Shown: piece after piece, positions 1 to 11,440 of the stretch | How positions within the stretch are numbered: position 1 is the stretch's first letter | How the letters are laid out: every line of letters begins with the position of its first letter | NCBI GenBank assembly: GCA_951406725.2 | Contig: OX597815.1 | Coordinates: forward strand, 6,014,001-6,078,000 | Direction: 5' to 3' | DNA from: Octopus vulgaris | Lineage: Eukaryota | DNA: 64,000 nt | Program-made: the position numbers and the translations under genes | Notes under the pieces: model-generated | What the model was told of the DNA's origin: nothing | The model's input: the letters and a program-made list of their open reading frames with translations, nothing else | Databases searched by the model: none

Positions 1-615
1 GCTATAGCAGAAGACACTTGCCCAAGGTGCCACGCAGTGGGACTGAACCCGGAACCATGTAGTTGGTAAGCAAGCTACTTACCACTCAGCCACTCCTGCG
101 CCTATAATATAGAATATATATATATATATATATATCTATAATATAGAATTACAGTTATTATTATAAAAAGACCTGAGTGGTCGCTCTTCTCCATAATGTA
201 CAGCCTTCAAGTTTGTTGCTTCATAAAGTTCTTATCCTCCATGGGCTTAATTACCAAATTAATTATGAATGACACACAGTCAGATAGAAGAGATAATATG
301 CTATTTGCAGACACTTCCTGCCCATCTGACCTTCGTTCTGATGTGATTGGTTGATTCATATTCCATAGTGGTGAGAAAACACAATTATTTTCCAAACACC
401 TTAATATAAGCGACGGGCTTCATTCAGTTACCATCTACCCAATCCACTCACAAGGCTTTGGTTGGCCTGGGGCTATAGTAGAAGACACCTACCCAAGGTG
501 CCACAATGGGACTGAACCTAGAACCATGGGGTTGGCAAGTAAACTTCTTGCAGAAATACCCTATTATTTGTAGGCTGACTTTTTTCTGAATTTTCCGCTG
601 ATAATTGACTGTCTT

Positions 616-920
616 GTGGAGGCACATGGCCTAGTGGTTAGAAAGAAGCGGACTTGCGGTCGAGAGATCGTGGGTTCGAATCTCAGACCAGGTGATGTGT
701 GTTCATGAAAGAAACACCTAAGCTCCACATGGTTCCGGCAGAAGGTAATGGCGAACTTCTGCTGACTCTTTGGCCAAAACTTTCTCTCACTCTTTCCTCC
801 TGCATCTTGCAGCCCACCTGCGACGGACCGGCATCCCGTCTAGGTGGGGAACCTATACGTCAAGGAAACCGGGAAACCGGCCCTTATGAGCCAGGCATGG
901 CTTGAGAAGGAACAGACAAT
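616..920 (+). mobile_element. tRNA-derived SINE, family V-like (copies 58772-59075 +, 20272-20555 +, 27662-27930 +, ~42790-43020 -; same head with a different tail at 21744-22132 + and ~30700-31025 -)
   Basis: A box TGGCCTAGTGG and B box GGTTCGAATC. Closely matches 58772-59075. The central motif CCTGCGA(C/T)GGAC(C/T)GGC(A/G)TCCC resembles the V-SINE domain (recalled, not searched). Confidence 0.8.
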
Positions 921-1505
921 TGTCTGTGGAAGAGAGTGACTTTCCTGCTCATCATCGACATTATTATCATTATTGTCATCGTCTTCAGCATCATTCTTTA
1001 TAGCGTTTCTTTACCCAACAGACTCAGTCCTCGATAAAGGTTTTGGTGTGTAAGCTCAAATCATTCAAGCACCAGAGAGTGTTTTCTATACTAGGCATCT
1101 TTGAATCTCATTTGTTGACTGTATATATGTGTGTGTGTGGCCTCTTGGCTTGCCACTCCACAGTCAAACTGTCCAACCCATGACAGCATGGAAAACAGAC
1201 GTTAAACGATGATGATGATGAGATTATTGCCATGATAGATCGCTAGCCACTGCACATTCTTTATTTTCTCTCCCTGTTTATTTCTGTGTTCCTTTCTGTA
1301 GAAGAGCGTAGGCTCGAAATGTAAAAGACTTTTTCTATTCCTGAGCATTATACTAATACATCTGTTTGTTTTGTACACCACCTGTCTTCGTCTTTTGTTT
1401 TTTTTCATAAACTCTCCCTATATATATATATAACTAATGTAGGGTAAAATTTTTCTTCGGGAAAAAAATTTTATCAATGGCCAGCATATCAAAAAATACC
1501 TTTAA

Positions 1506-2589
1506 CCCTTTCGTTACCAAACCGCCCAAAGCCGCCCGAAAAAAATTTTGGTTTATGAGACCAAACCGCCCAAAGCCGCCCGAATTTACCTATTCCTATT
1601 TAAATGAGAATATCAGAGCAAATCTCTTCAGTACATTCGTGAAAACACGTATTATACTTCGTAAACAGTTCAACTACAGTTTTGTACAATAATCGAAGTG
1701 TAATTTTAATTCCGTGAATTTTGGGAGATTTTTTTCCGAAATTTGTTCCTATTGTGTTTTCAAAATTTGTAATTCTGACAAAAAATGGATACGAATTTCA
1801 TTATATCAAGCAGCGAGTCAGAATTCGAAGGATTTTCTACTGAAGACCTTCATAAATCTAACTCTATGACTGAAAAAAAAAAGCATGTGGTATTTGATAA
1901 TGAATCTGATGTTTCATTTTCCGAAAGTGAAAACAGTGAATCTGAGATCTCCGATAGCGATAAAGAAAACGAATTGGCACCTGAATGGAGTGAAAATTTA
2001 AAAACTGTTTCTTTCGGTGATTTTTCTGAAGAAACTGGACCAAGCCACAGACTTTCCCAGAAGGGTAAAGCCTTAGACTATCTCTATTTACTTTTTCGAA
2101 TGAGCCTATTTGAAATCATTACGGCAGAAACGAACCGTTACGATAAACGTAAACAAAACGAAAGAAACGATAGTTTGTTATTTCCCACAACCTTAAATGA
2201 AATTAAGACTATTTTGCCATAAATATTATTATGGGTATCAGAAAGTTACCCAGAATAACAAATTCTATCATAAAATTTTGTTGTATACCCAATTGAATAT
2301 TAGCTAATAACCCATTTTCTATAGCGATGTTTGAACAAAATTTTAATAATTTTATATTTTGTGGAATTTACCTGTATCTACCTGCAATTAGTCACTTTGT
2401 GACAAAAATTATAGTATAGAATTGGTTGAGAATATTTCATTAAATTATCTTCCAAAAATCAGATTAATATATCAATAAATAAAAAAGTTATAGTTGTTTA
2501 ATGAAACCAGACTAAATTTATGATTACGTTAGAAATTAATTGAAACACATAAGGGGTGTAATTTGGTCAGAAATATAGTAACGAAAGGG
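1506..2589 (+). mobile_element. Internally deleted piggyBac transposon (about 1.08 kb), upstream of the sulfatase exon and probably intronic
   Basis: TTAA at 1502-1505 and 2590-2593, with TIRs CCCTTTCGTTAC / GTAACGAAAGGG. ORF 1785-2222 has an acidic N-terminus and DYLYLLF...IITAETNRY...TTLNEIK, then frameshifts into YFAINIIMGIRKLPRI. This resembles the piggyBac transposase N-terminal region. The catalytic region is absent. Confidence 0.88.
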
Positions 2590-2767
2590 TTAAAGGTTAA
2601 ATTCATAAATAATTTACAAAATAAGGGCAAAAGAAAAATTCTAATGCCAAATATGCCGAAAAAAAGACAAAAATTGTCAATAACCATTATAATTTATGCA
2701 TCTCGAAACAAACCGATAGAAATTTCTAAAAAATCCATTATTACCGTATTGGCCCCAATTTCGGGGT

Positions 2768-2798
<31 letters not shown>

Positions 2799-2880
2799 AT
2801 TTATATGTGGATATTTATATTTATATATATATGTGTGTGTGTATTTATATTTAAATGTTTGTTTATATATTTATTCTAAG

Positions 2881-3143
2881 GTAATGACAAATGGATTCCA
2901 CCCCCACACCTGAATTTACCTGCCTCTTCCAAACCGTCTCATTTAAAAAATATCTGGTTATTCAATATCACGGCAGACCCAAACGAATACAACGACGTTT
3001 CACTTGAAAAACTTAACGTTGTGGAGTTCATGCTTACTCGCTTGGCTCACTACAATGCTACGGCTGTGACACCTCGATTTCCAAAAGGAGATCCAGCATC
3101 TAATCCCCAGCTGCATGGAGGTTTCTGGGGCCCATGGCAATAA
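2881..3143 (+). CDS. ARSB: Terminal coding exon of an arylsulfatase B-like sulfatase (upstream exons not found in window)
   Basis: Acceptor ttattctaAG at 2879-2880. The phase-1 exon translates (G)NDKWIPPPHLNLPASSKPSHLKNIWLFNITADPNEYNDVSLEKLNVVEFMLTRLAHYNATAVTPRFPKGDPASNPQLHGGFWGPWQ*, with TAA at 3141-3143. This matches the ARSB/ARSI/ARSJ C-terminal pattern W.PPP...WLF.I..DP.E..D+S....+V..+L.RL..Y...+V...+P..DP...P....G.WGPW. Paralogue identity within the family is uncertain. Confidence 0.9.
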
Positions 3144-3150
3144 TTTTAAA

Positions 3151-3167
3151 AATAAACACAGGTGAGT
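3151..3167 (+). promoter_or_regulatory. AATAAA poly(A)-signal candidate followed by a consensus splice donor (CAG|GTGAGT) just after the stop codon
   Basis: AATAAA at 3151-3156 and ACAG|GTGAGT with GT at 3162-3163. Sequence motifs only. Confidence 0.45.
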
Positions 3168-3419
3168 TGTCGTTTTTCCATAAATTCCCTTGAGTTAATA
3201 AAGGAGACTATGTGGTCACATGACATGCTAGAAATAACAGTGAAATCATCTGTATAACATGTCCCATCATTTAAAAAAAAAAAAATGTCATACTGGATAA
3301 TGTAATCATAGCCACATTAGGCACAACCTTTGTCAGAGAAGATCTGAGCAGAAAAAATGCTGGATGGTTAAAGGTTGGTTTCAGAATTTATGTAGTTTTT
3401 GAAATCGAACCAAATTTGA

Positions 3420-3953
3420 CGACTGGCACCCATACTAACCTCCCTTCATTGGACACTAAACTCTGCTTGTGAAGATCTGTTGGGGCAAGTGAAATCGAAA
3501 TTGAACCAAATTTGATGACTGGCACCAATGCCAGTGGAGTGCTAACAGCTCCATCCGAGCGGGATCACTGCCAGAGCAACTGTCTGGCTTCCGTGCCGGT
3601 GGCACGTAAAGAGCACCATTTGAGCGTGATCGTTACCAGCATCACCTTACTGGCACTTGTGCTGGTGGCACATGAAAAAAAAACGTTCGAACAAGGTCGT
3701 TGCCAGTGCCGCTGGACTGGCTCCTGTGCAGGTGGCACGTAAAAAGCACCATTTGAGCATGGCTGTTGCCAGTACCACCTAACTGCCGGTGACATGTTAA
3801 AGCACCCACTACACTCTCGGAGTGGTTGGCATTAGGAAGGGCATCCACCTGTAGAAACTCTGCCAGATCAGATTGGAGTCTGGTTCGCCAGACCTCAGTC
3901 AAATCGTCCAACCCATGCTAGCATGGAAAGTGGACTTTAAATAAATGATGATG
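3420..3953 (+). mobile_element. Non-autonomous retroposon family C with internal tandem subrepeats and a (GAT)n tail (also 8401-8640 -, 9105-9290 +, 9384-9790 +, tail at ~1160-1222)
   Basis: Repeated GTGCCGGTGGCACGTAAAAAGCACC modules, conserved GGTTGGC(A/G)TTAGGAAGGGCATCCA, and a 3' end GCATGGAAAGCGGACGTTAAACGATGATG shared among copies. Confidence 0.75.
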
Positions 3954-3954
3954 A

Positions 3955-4310
3955 GATCTGGAAACAAAATGTGGAATTGAAAGGCCTCAAAACTTGGTAC
4001 GGATTAAAGTTTAAGAAAGAAAGAAGACGGGACTCTGCGATCATTAGGGAGAAGGTCCTGCTTAGGGTGCAAAAAAGGGGTCAGTAGGAATTCCATACTG
4101 TGTACCCAGTGTAAACTGGGTGCACAGGAAGTGTAGTGGGACTGTAAGCAGGCTGACAGAGAACATAGACTCTATATGTGTCCAGGGGTAATAAATATTG
4201 AGGGAACTCATGGAAAGCAGATCCTTTTAAATGCTGAAAAGGGACCCTGGAAGTAGTTGATTGCTTCTGTTACTAGGATGACCAAATTAGCGGTGGGGGT
4301 CTTCTTAAAG
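3955..4310 (+). pseudogene. Decayed RTE-like LINE RT fragment with a Cys/His (PHD-like) insert
   Basis: Broken frames give WKQNVELKGLK...CKKGVSRNSILCTQCKL.VHRKCSG...LEVVDCFCY*DDQISGG. Confidence 0.6.
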
Positions 4311-4324
4311 TATAGTATCCATAA

Positions 4325-4488
4325 GCGTAGGAGTGGCTGTGTGGTAAGTAGCTTGCTAACCAACCACATGGTTCCGGGTTCAGTCCCACTGCGTGGCATC
4401 TTGGGCAAGTGTCTTCTGCTATAGCCCCGGGCCGACCAATGCCTTGTGAGTGGATTTGGTAGACGGAAACTGAAAGAAGCCTGTCGTA

Positions 4489-4543
<55 letters not shown>

Positions 4544-4683
4544 TTGTGTTTGTCCCCCTAGCATTGCTTGACAACCGATGCTGGTGTGTTTACGTTCCTG
4601 TCACTTAGCGGTTCGGCAAAAGAGACCGATAGAATAAGTACTGGGCTTACAAAGAATAAGTCCCGGGGTCGAGTTGCTCGATT
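4325..4683 (+). mobile_element. tRNA-derived CORE-like SINE, family A (most abundant repeat, about 20 full or partial copies, e.g. 1-101 -, 10225-10596 -, 28117-28515 -, 35528-35932 +, 41566-42022 +, 44055-44458 -, 45613-46050 +, 54115-54478 -, 55669-56070 +)
   Basis: A box TGGCTGTGTGG, B box GGTTCAGTCCC, then the CORE-like motif GTGGCACCTTGGGCAAGTG, an internal (TA)n(TG)n tract, and the tail ...CAAATGACTGAAACAAGTAAAAGAG in full copies. Repeated on both strands throughout the window. Confidence 0.9.
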
Positions 4684-5037
4684 AGGGAGCTATTACCCCT
4701 GTTGATGTCTCCTCTGAAAGGAATCCCCCTACATGGTTGCTCTAACTGCTAGAAATAGCACCCAACCACCTTATCAGTCACATACTACTTTCTTAAAGAA
4801 GGAAAGGAGACTTGTGTAAGAAGTGCAATGCTGCATGGTAACATGACATGGGACTTGAATGCATAGGTACTAGTATAGTAGTATCTGTATTGTTGTGGCC
4901 TGGGTTATAGTATAATCACTTGCATACTACCACCTATACTGTAGAATTAGTGTTAAAATATAAACACTAGAGTACTGTTGCCAATAGCTTTCCATAGAAC
5001 CATTTATTAAATTTCTTAATTGTTATTTTATTAGATA

Positions 5038-5437
5038 CTAGCAGTATCGCTCGGCGTTGCTCGGGTTTGTAAGGGAAATAACTATATAAGCATTTTTAGA
5101 GAGTTATAGCCCAAAAAAAGTAGCAAAAAAATGCATTAAAAATGGAAAAAAAATGATGGTAATTTTTTTTTAAATCGTTGACTCATCGTAGACATTTTTA
5201 GAGAGTTACTTCCCTTATATTTAAAAAAATATGCATTAAAATGGAAAAAAATTATGGTAAATTTTTTAAAAATCGTAGACTCATTGTAGACGCGCGCTAA
5301 TACCCAGAAGGGCTCGATATGAATCACGACTATAAGATACCCGGTTTTGGTTAAACTGCACCGCAAAATGTGGGAGTAGTTAGGAATCTAAATCGTAGGA
5401 GACAGACAGCACACAACCTTACTTTTATATATAAAGA
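5038..5437 (-). mobile_element. Non-autonomous Helitron, body type 1 (also 20683-~21169 - and 54743-55139 -)
   Basis: On the minus strand: A|TCTTTATATATAAAA 5' end, subterminal hairpin CCCGAGCAACGCCG(G/A)G, and 3' end CTAG|T. It sits between A and T with no TSD. Three related copies. Confidence 0.85.
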
Positions 5438-5849
5438 TTATTATATTTAAAATTTTCTGATCAAGTTTTTTTCTTTTCTTTCAGATTTTATATTTTCCTT
5501 TCATCTTATTAAGATTAAAACAGATTAAAGTACGTTCATAATTGTGTTGCTACACCAAAAGGATAGAGGCAGATTAGAATACTTCATGCATGTAACATTT
5601 AACCATTTAAAAGGACAGTGACATTTATATATATATATATATATACATACATATACAAACACACACATGCACACACTAATATTGAGCAGTGAGAATGAGA
5701 GCTCAACACTGCATTGGTTGATAAAAATTACTTACTTGTGGGTTGACAAGGTTACCATAACATTCCCATGTGTCAGGTCTGATAATTGTTGAGAGATTCT
5801 TGGCTGCATGAAACCATTGGTAGCCTTGTTAACTGACAAATAAGAAAAA

Positions 5850-5888
<39 letters not shown>

Positions 5889-5892
<4 letters not shown>

Positions 5893-6053
5893 AAGAAGCA
5901 ACAAGAATGGATTAGTTTTTAATACAATTGTTTCATACAAAGACAGGCTTTATTAAAAGTTGCAAAAATTGCAACTTTTGCAACTTGTAATAAAGCCTGT
6001 CTTTGTATGAAACAATTGTACTAAAACTAATCCATTCTTGTTGCTTCTTTCTC
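5889..6053. repeat. Near-perfect foldback (about 79-bp arms) at the start of a short element flanked by (TA)n
   Basis: GAGAAAGAAGCAACAAGAATGGATTAGTTTT...AAGTTGCAAAA is mirrored by TTTTGCAACTT...AAAACTAATCCATTCTTGTTGCTTCTTTCTC. Confidence 0.9.
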
Positions 6054-6166
6054 GTTTATAATCACCCCACATTACTGTATGGTTAACACCATATAGTTTT
6101 TCTGGTGCATCTAAGTTAAGTACCACATTCAAGTAAATTCCTTGGAATTGACTTGAATCTTAATTG

Positions 6167-6238
<72 letters not shown>

Positions 6239-6489
6239 GAATCTCTCAAAAGAGATGAGAGCACTAAATTTATAATTATCCAACATTCCGAATATCTCCT
6301 TTTTCTTTATATTTATATATATATATATGTGTGTGTTTAATTTTCGAAGGAAAATCCGGAGAAATAGTTACCAGGGTAACCAATGTCACATAAGCACTTC
6401 AAGACATTAGTAACTACGCATACATGGGTAATAATTCCAAGGAGAAGTGAGACGTCTTACATTATTCTGTGTATATATATGTATATTAT

Positions 6490-6509
6490 TATGTGTGTGT
6501 GTGTGTATA

Positions 6510-6546
<37 letters not shown>

Positions 6547-6564
6547 TACATACATATATATATT

Positions 6565-6600
<36 letters not shown>

Positions 6601-6672
6601 TACATACATATATATATTCATACATATATATAGATATATATATATATATATTCATACATACATATATATATT

Positions 6673-6710
<38 letters not shown>

Positions 6711-6768
6711 TACATACATATATATATTCATACATACATATATATATTCATACATATATATATATATT

Positions 6769-6816
<48 letters not shown>

Positions 6817-6834
6817 TACATACATATATATATT

Positions 6835-6890
<56 letters not shown>

Positions 6891-6917
6891 TACATACATA
6901 TATATATTCATACATAC
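6490..6917. repeat. Compound (TA)n/TATTCATACA microsatellite
   Basis: Directly visible. Explains the YI-rich ORFs 6383-6950. Confidence 0.95.
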
Positions 6918-7696
6918 TTGCATTTCATTGATGTCATAAGAGTTTTATAAACTTTAAAGAGAATGTGAAATAATTTTTACTGGGAACAGTGGATCTCAAA
7001 AGCACATGACATACAGCTATAGAGAATAAAATGTAAACCTTTGGGTTGAGAAATCCCTTTCAGATAGAAAAAGTCATTGACATGACAGAATGTATTGGTC
7101 ATTTGGTGAGGCGTATTTCAAGATTGAACAACTTTCAGAATTCCATGAGATAAAGATATTTTAATAAAAAGGTTTTTAATAAAGTTACTTTTGTTTTGTA
7201 TTTGGTTTGCATGATTCTTATGCAAATTTGTGTGTTGAAGCAAATCTTGTTGTTTCTTGGGAGGGTCATCACACCAACAATAATAATAAACACATGCACT
7301 GTTTCTTTTTCACTTCTTTGTTGTTAATCACTTGCTTTTTAATATCTAACCAACTAACCAATTGTTCGTTTGTTTAATGTGATAGTTAAGCATTTGATTG
7401 GTTGTTTACTAGTCAGATAAAAGGACTTTGACTAAAAAACAATCGACTGATTAAACAAATGATCAAATAGCTTGTTGGATATTTACCCAATTGACTAACA
7501 ATAAAGAGATGATTTTAAACCAATGTGTGTGTGTGTTAATCTCATTGGCACAATGACCCTACTAAGACACAAGTTTTTAATTATGATTCTTCTCTGATCA
7601 TATTCTGTGAGATAGTCTTAAATATTTCCTTCTAGGCTTTAGTGTCAGTTAAGAGAAAGATTTCTCTCTCTCTCAAGATAAATACACACACACATA

Positions 7697-8201
7697 CCAT
7701 AAATCCTTGAGTATAATACGCGGGGGATTATGAGGGGGCTGTACCTGTGAGAAACTTAAACCTTGTATATAATACGCACCCCTTCTCTAATTTGAGTCGT
7801 GCGTAATTAAGCCAGCAGCACCTAGTCGAACAAACACTTCCGCGCATGCGTAATACAATAATAGTGATGTTCTTAACTGTTATATGGGAATGTAAATATG
7901 TTTGCAAATTGTTTTTGTTACATGTTATTCTGTGTTCAGAATACTTTTATTTTAATAAATGTTGCTTACTGCAAGTTATGGATGATTCTTTTATGACTTC
8001 ATTGCTTTCAGGCTTAGCTTAAGGTATTTTCGCGTCCAACATCACAATATGCGTCTGAATAAACATTGCTGGACAGCAAATAGAGACTCGGACATTGCTT
8101 AGAAAATATTTTTCATTTTTAACCTCGTATATAATATGCACTAGGGATTTTGACCTTTAAATTTTGGGGGAAAAATGCGGATTATACTCGAGGATTTATG
8201 G
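7697..8201. mobile_element. Tc1/mariner-superfamily (pogo/Tc2-like) MITE, 505 bp
   Basis: TA|CCATAAATCCTTGAGTATAAT ... ATTATACTCGAGGATTTATGG|TA: about 21-bp TIRs with a TA TSD and no transposase ORF. Confidence 0.8.
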
Positions 8202-8799
8202 TATATACACACACACACACACACACAGGGGTGGGGGAACAAAGACTTAATTGCATTTTAAGAAATTTGCATTGCAATCATTTGGTTCTGGGTTTTTACC
8301 CCTTTATGTGGGACATTGCGCATGAAATTTGGTTGACAGAAACTGGTTATGTGTTGTGTGTTGCAAGCAGCATGGCACCCTTATTAGTGTTGGTGACCCA
8401 TCATCATTTAGCGTCCGCTTTCCATGCTAGCAAGGGTTGGATGGTTCAACTGGGGTCTGGGAAGCCAGAAGGCTGCACCAGGCCCAGTCTGATCTGGCAA
8501 TGTTTCTACGGCTGGATGCCCTTCCTAACGCCAACCACTCCGTGAGTGTAGTGGGTGCTTTCTATGTGCCACCGGCACAGGTGCCAGACGAGGCTGGCAA
8601 GCGGCCACGATCGGATGGTGCTTTCTACGTGCCACCGACACTACATACTATAAAACAGTTGGGATTAGAAAGGGCTTCAAGCCACAGAAACCAGGCCAAA
8701 ATGGACAGTGGAGCACAATGCAGTCCTTTGACGGACTTGACCCTGTCAAACAATTCAACCGTCACCAGGAATGGAATGTAGATGTCAAATGATAATATA

Positions 8800-8840
<41 letters not shown>

Positions 8841-11131
8841 CAGTAATACTTATGTAAGTTTTTGGACATGTACAAGATCCCTCTGCTTACAGGATGTTAA
8901 ATGATGATGATGATGATGACGATGATCACATGTGCACACACATATGACAAGCTTCTTTCAGTTTCCACTCACGAAGCTTTAGTCAGCCTGTGGCTAAGTT
9001 TAGAATCCACTTACCAAAGTGGAACTGAACTGTAGACCAAAATGTTTTGAATTATCTCCTTGCTTCAAGATATTGATGTGATTGTATATTTTTAGAATGC
9101 CATTGCCCTCGTGCACCCACTACATTCACGGAGTGGTTAGCGTTAGGAAGGGCATCCAGCTGTAGAAACTTTGCCAGTTCAGATTGGAGACTGGTGCAGC
9201 CATCTGGCTCACCAGTCCTCAGTCAAATCGTCCAACCCATGCCAGCATAGAAAGCGGACGTTAAACGATGAGGAGGTGGAGGACGATTGCAAGGTAGGGG
9301 TGCAGGGCCGGATTAAGACCCATTGAGGCCCTAAGCACTTATAAGATTTTGGGGCCCCCATAATAGATTATTTAATTCAAAATGTGACAGTACCAACTGA
9401 TTGGCACTTGTGCCAGTGGAATGTTAAAGGCACATCCGAGTGTGATCATTGCCAGGGCCACAGATTGGCTCCCGTGCCGGTAGCACATAAAAAGCACCTT
9501 TCGAGCGTGATCGTTGCCTTACCAGTACATTGCTGGTGGCATATGAAAAAACAACATTGGAGCATGATCGTTGCCAGTGCCATCGGACTGGCTCCCATGC
9601 AGGTAGCACATAAAAGCACCCACTACACTCTTGGGGTGGTTGGCAGTAGGAAGGGCATCCAGTTGTAGAAACTTTACCAGATCAGATTAGAGCCTGGTGC
9701 AGCCTGTGGCTCGCCAGTCCTCAGTCAAACTGTCCAACCCATGCCAGCATGGAAAGCAGACATTAAACGACAATGATGATGGTGATGATAAAACAATAAC
9801 AAACCATAAAATAAAATTCTGTTTTTCAAAACAAAACGTAAAACAGTAAGAGGGAAAATAATGTTTATTTTTGTATATTTCCGCTTTATTTATATTTGCA
9901 AAGATTCCTCCTACTTTGATCAGATCCTCAAAATTAATCTTAGGTAACACATCTGCTTCTATACTTAGTGGAGCCAAAGGCTTCCCGAATATTATTTCAG
10001 CAAGTTTAAAGCGCTTTCTTTTGTGCCGTAGACCATTTACCATTTCTGTGGTGCACCCCCCCCCATCCTTCGATTCCCTAAGCATGTGCTTATTTTGCTT
10101 ACTGGTTAATCCAGTGTCGTAGGTGTGAGAGGCTGGATCCAGCTTGTTTGAATATAAAACTTACTCGGAAGCGGATGCATGGCGTTCGATCATACAACAA
10201 AATAATAAATAAAACATATGCATATATTTACTCTTTTACTTGCTTCAGTCATTTGACTGTGGCCATGCTGGAGCACCGCCTTTAGTCGAGCGAAATCGAC
10301 CCCGGGACTTATTCTTTGTAAGCCCAGTACTTATTCTATCGGTCTCTTTTGCCGAACTGCTAAGTGACAGGGACGTAAACACACCAGCATCAGTTGTCAA
10401 GCAATGCTAGGGGAACAGACACACACACATATATACGACGGGCTTCTTTCAGTTTCCGTCTACCAAATCCACTCACAAGGCATTGGTCGGCCCGGGGCTA
10501 TAGTAGAAGACACTTGCCCAAGATGCCACACAGTGGGACTGAACCCGGAACCATGTGGTTGGTAAGCAAGCTACTTACCACACAGCCACTCCTGCGCATA
10601 TATATGTACATACCTACATCTATATGTATATATACATGCATATATGGGTACAGGACACCAAAAAAACGTCGAACACAATGAGAAACGAAAACATAAAAAC
10701 AAACACATGGAAACGAACTTTTTTTCAAACAACGAAAGAACAGAGTACAGGACATACAACACAAGGAATATTCCCCTTCTTCAGCCATCTCTGTTTTGGC
10801 TACTCCGTGTTTTAATATAAGACAGGCAGAATAACGGGGCCAGATTTGGCCAGTTTAAAGGCTAATAGGTTAAATCATTTACCATTCCTTTATTCTGGTG
10901 AAAAGAAAAAGGTACAATTTTACAAGTGGATACATTAAATACCTGTTGGTATTTTGTAGACATTATTATTTTTAAGGGACTAAAATCTGAGGCACAGGAA
11001 ACAGTATAGAAGGGCAGGGGCAGGGGGACAGCTATTAAGGGCACAAACTTGAGGAAGATCTCAAGAGGTTGTTGTTGCTGGTCTCATTCTACAACTGGAA
11101 CATTTAGCAGAAAAAAACCCCCTCCAAGACA

Positions 11132-11440
11132 GTTAGTTAGTTAATTTTTTTGGCTCAAAAAGCAAAAAAGCAAGGCCATGTAGGGGGACATGGAGTTATG
11201 TACAGGGTGGTGTTCATGTAAAGAGTTCAGGCCACTTGAGGTCAAGGGAGACTTTGAACAAAGCGGTCATCAGCATCGTCACCATCTCGTCCAGCAGCTT
11301 ATTCCACGGATCCGCAACCCGGACGGAAAAAGCCCCTCTCCTTCGATTGAGATGAAATCGTCGCAAATAGAGCTTTTCGGAATGACCCCGCAGCCGACGC
11401 TCTGGAGCAGGAGTGAAGAACAGCTCTTTCGAGAGGTTAC
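11132..11440 (-). mobile_element. 5'-truncated CR1/L2-like LINE 3' end (second copy 26150-26422 -)
   Basis: Minus-strand translation RLRGHSEKLYLRRFHLNRRRGAFSVRVADPWNKLLDEMV...FKVSLD is a typical CR1-group ORF2 C-terminus. It ends in a (TAAC)n tail, and there are two similar copies. Confidence 0.8.
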
